From Psammoneis japonica (Eukaryota): a DNA stretch of 64,000 nt. Location of the stretch: contig QPGO01000063.1 in assembly GCA_008632985.1 (NCBI GenBank), forward strand, positions 310,001-374,000, read 5' to 3'. This document shows positions 62,627 to 64,000 of this stretch, piece after piece; within the stretch, counting starts at the first letter, position 1; every line of letters begins with the position of its first letter. The position numbers and the translations under genes are program-made. The notes under the pieces are model-generated. The model did no database searches. It saw only the letters and a program-made list of their open reading frames with translations, and was not told the origin of the DNA.

Positions 62627-64000
62627 TGAACAGCATCAACAGGTTCTAGAATTGTGAGATGTTGCGCTGCTGGGGCCACTGAACAAGCGACAGTGGACCA
62701 ATCGCCAACAGCACTTAAACTGCCTGCATCCGTGACAGTGCATCAGCATTTGTTCAGTCCCCTCGAACTGACGCCAGCTCCGCTCGGGTCAGATCGACAG
62801 ACAAATGCAACCTGATGCTGCCCCATTCCAGGGCAGCAATTGCATTTTGGGGGTGGGAAAAAGCCGCACCTATGCGGCAAACCCGTTCGGTTTGTCCCCT
62901 TTGGGGCTCACCACAGGATGTGACTTATGATTTCCCGGAGCTTCGGCCCAGGCAACAACTTGGTCAGTGCATCCGCTAGATTCGTGTGTCCATCTTCCCA
63001 AGCAATGCGCACTGTTCCAGCGGCTTGTGCCTCACGAGTCCTGTGATGGGCAATTGCATTGTGCTTCTTCTTCAAAGTGGACTCTGGTTTAGTTGAGTTC
63101 TTGAAGACAGCTTCATTGTCGCAGAAAACGTCAGTGGCCCCATCCATGGGGATTCGAGCATCCGAAGCTTGCAACGCAAGGCTTCAATTTGCTCCACTGC
63201 AGTCTTCACAGCCACGAACTCCGACCCAAAAGCAGAGGACTCTACGGTGTTCTGCCGCTTAGAGTGATGCAAGATGGGCACTTGTTGGATAAAGATCAGG
63301 AGACGGGTTCCAGTCCCAGGTGGGACTTTTTGTGACATTGGGCCCGCAGAATTCTGCGCGCGAGCTCCGCAGCAAAATTGTTGAGCAATGGACACATGAA
63401 TGATCGCCAACAGAAAAAGAGGCAATTTTGCGAACGCATCTCCTCCTCCACACTTGAAGTACATTCTTTGCGGCATGCCCGGGCAAACTCTTTAGACATT
63501 AAAGAACACACCCAGCGCATTTTTGTTGACGTGAGTGCAGATGACAGAAAGCCTTTGGCTTCGCAAAACAGGCAGTGTGGAACAATTTTTTATAATAGAA
63601 CACGTAGAAATGTACGTGCAAAACATGCGACGGATGATAAAAAATGATTGTGTCACAGTTCAGTGGCACGAGGTCCCACCTGGAGCTGGAACACGTCAGG
63701 ATCCCAGTGTGGGACCTGCGCGTCACACGGCATCCGGCGTGATCAGCATCGACAAAGCAAGCAGCAGTCACGTCATTCCTGCGTGCCTCCGGCACATTCG
63801 GCGGCATTGGTTCAGCCGCGCCAGGGTGACATTCTTCCCAATCACACTTGGTGAAGCGACTCTCATCAAAGACGGGCTCAGTGTTGTCGAACACCAGCGC
63901 AGGCAGACTTAGAATGAGCCTTCAAGTGTGCAAAGACATGGAGCACCTTGTCCAGGTGTCCAACTCGTGGTGCCGCCAAGTGGGAGGACATGAGCGAAGA
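62627..64000 (-). mobile_element. Ty1/copia 3' part (RT end, RNase H, putative short 3' LTR 62627-62756)
   Basis: FVDADHAG..TRRSHTGIL|IF...SKRQNTVESSAFGSEF, FCDNEAV, LKKKHNAIA and NLADALTK. PPT gaggggac is followed by TGAACA...TGTTCA. Confidence 0.9.
63302..63697 (-). mobile_element. MITE family A nested in copia RNase H, TSD AGGA
   Basis: gacgggttccag...ctggaacacgtc flanked by AGGA (63298-63301, 63698-63701). Excision restores GILIF. Confidence 0.9.

Noticed and set aside
8600..64000. Hundreds of overlapping Cys/His/Met-rich ORFs that look like novel metal-binding proteins
   Set aside because: They are a by-product of TA loss: TAA/TAG stops vanish and Tyr becomes Cys/His in all six frames.
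949..64000. Alternative genetic code or classical RIP/CpG decay as the explanation for Tyr loss
   Set aside because: Intact genes use Tyr normally, and non-coding LTR/TIR pairs show the same change. The direction is TA loss, opposite to RIP, and it is not produced by CpG deamination.

Overview
Eukaryotic nuclear DNA, most likely from a diatom. This is inferred from short GT-AG introns, a signal-peptide + 'SSGA|F' plastid-targeting motif, and diatom-type Ty1/copia and Ty3/gypsy elements. A few intact host genes (RAD52, an ankyrin-repeat protein, a plastid PhyH-type dioxygenase, a Vps39/TGFBRAP1-like protein, a membrane-anchored hypothetical) sit as islands among nested transposon relics: two Ty3/gypsy, two Ty1/copia, two LINE fragments, a Plavaka-like transposase, a Crypton-like tyrosine recombinase and several MITE families. 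The dominant signal is a domain-restricted hypermutation that converts TpA to TpG or CpA (A>G on either strand) in transposons and in duplicated or dead host-gene copies, while neighbouring functional genes are spared. This is the reverse of fungal RIP. Its direction and specificity can be read directly from LTR pairs, TIR pairs, TSDs, catalytic residues and a gene/pseudogene pair inside this window. It also explains the hundreds of spurious Cys/His-rich ORFs, because TAA/TAG stops have been erased.
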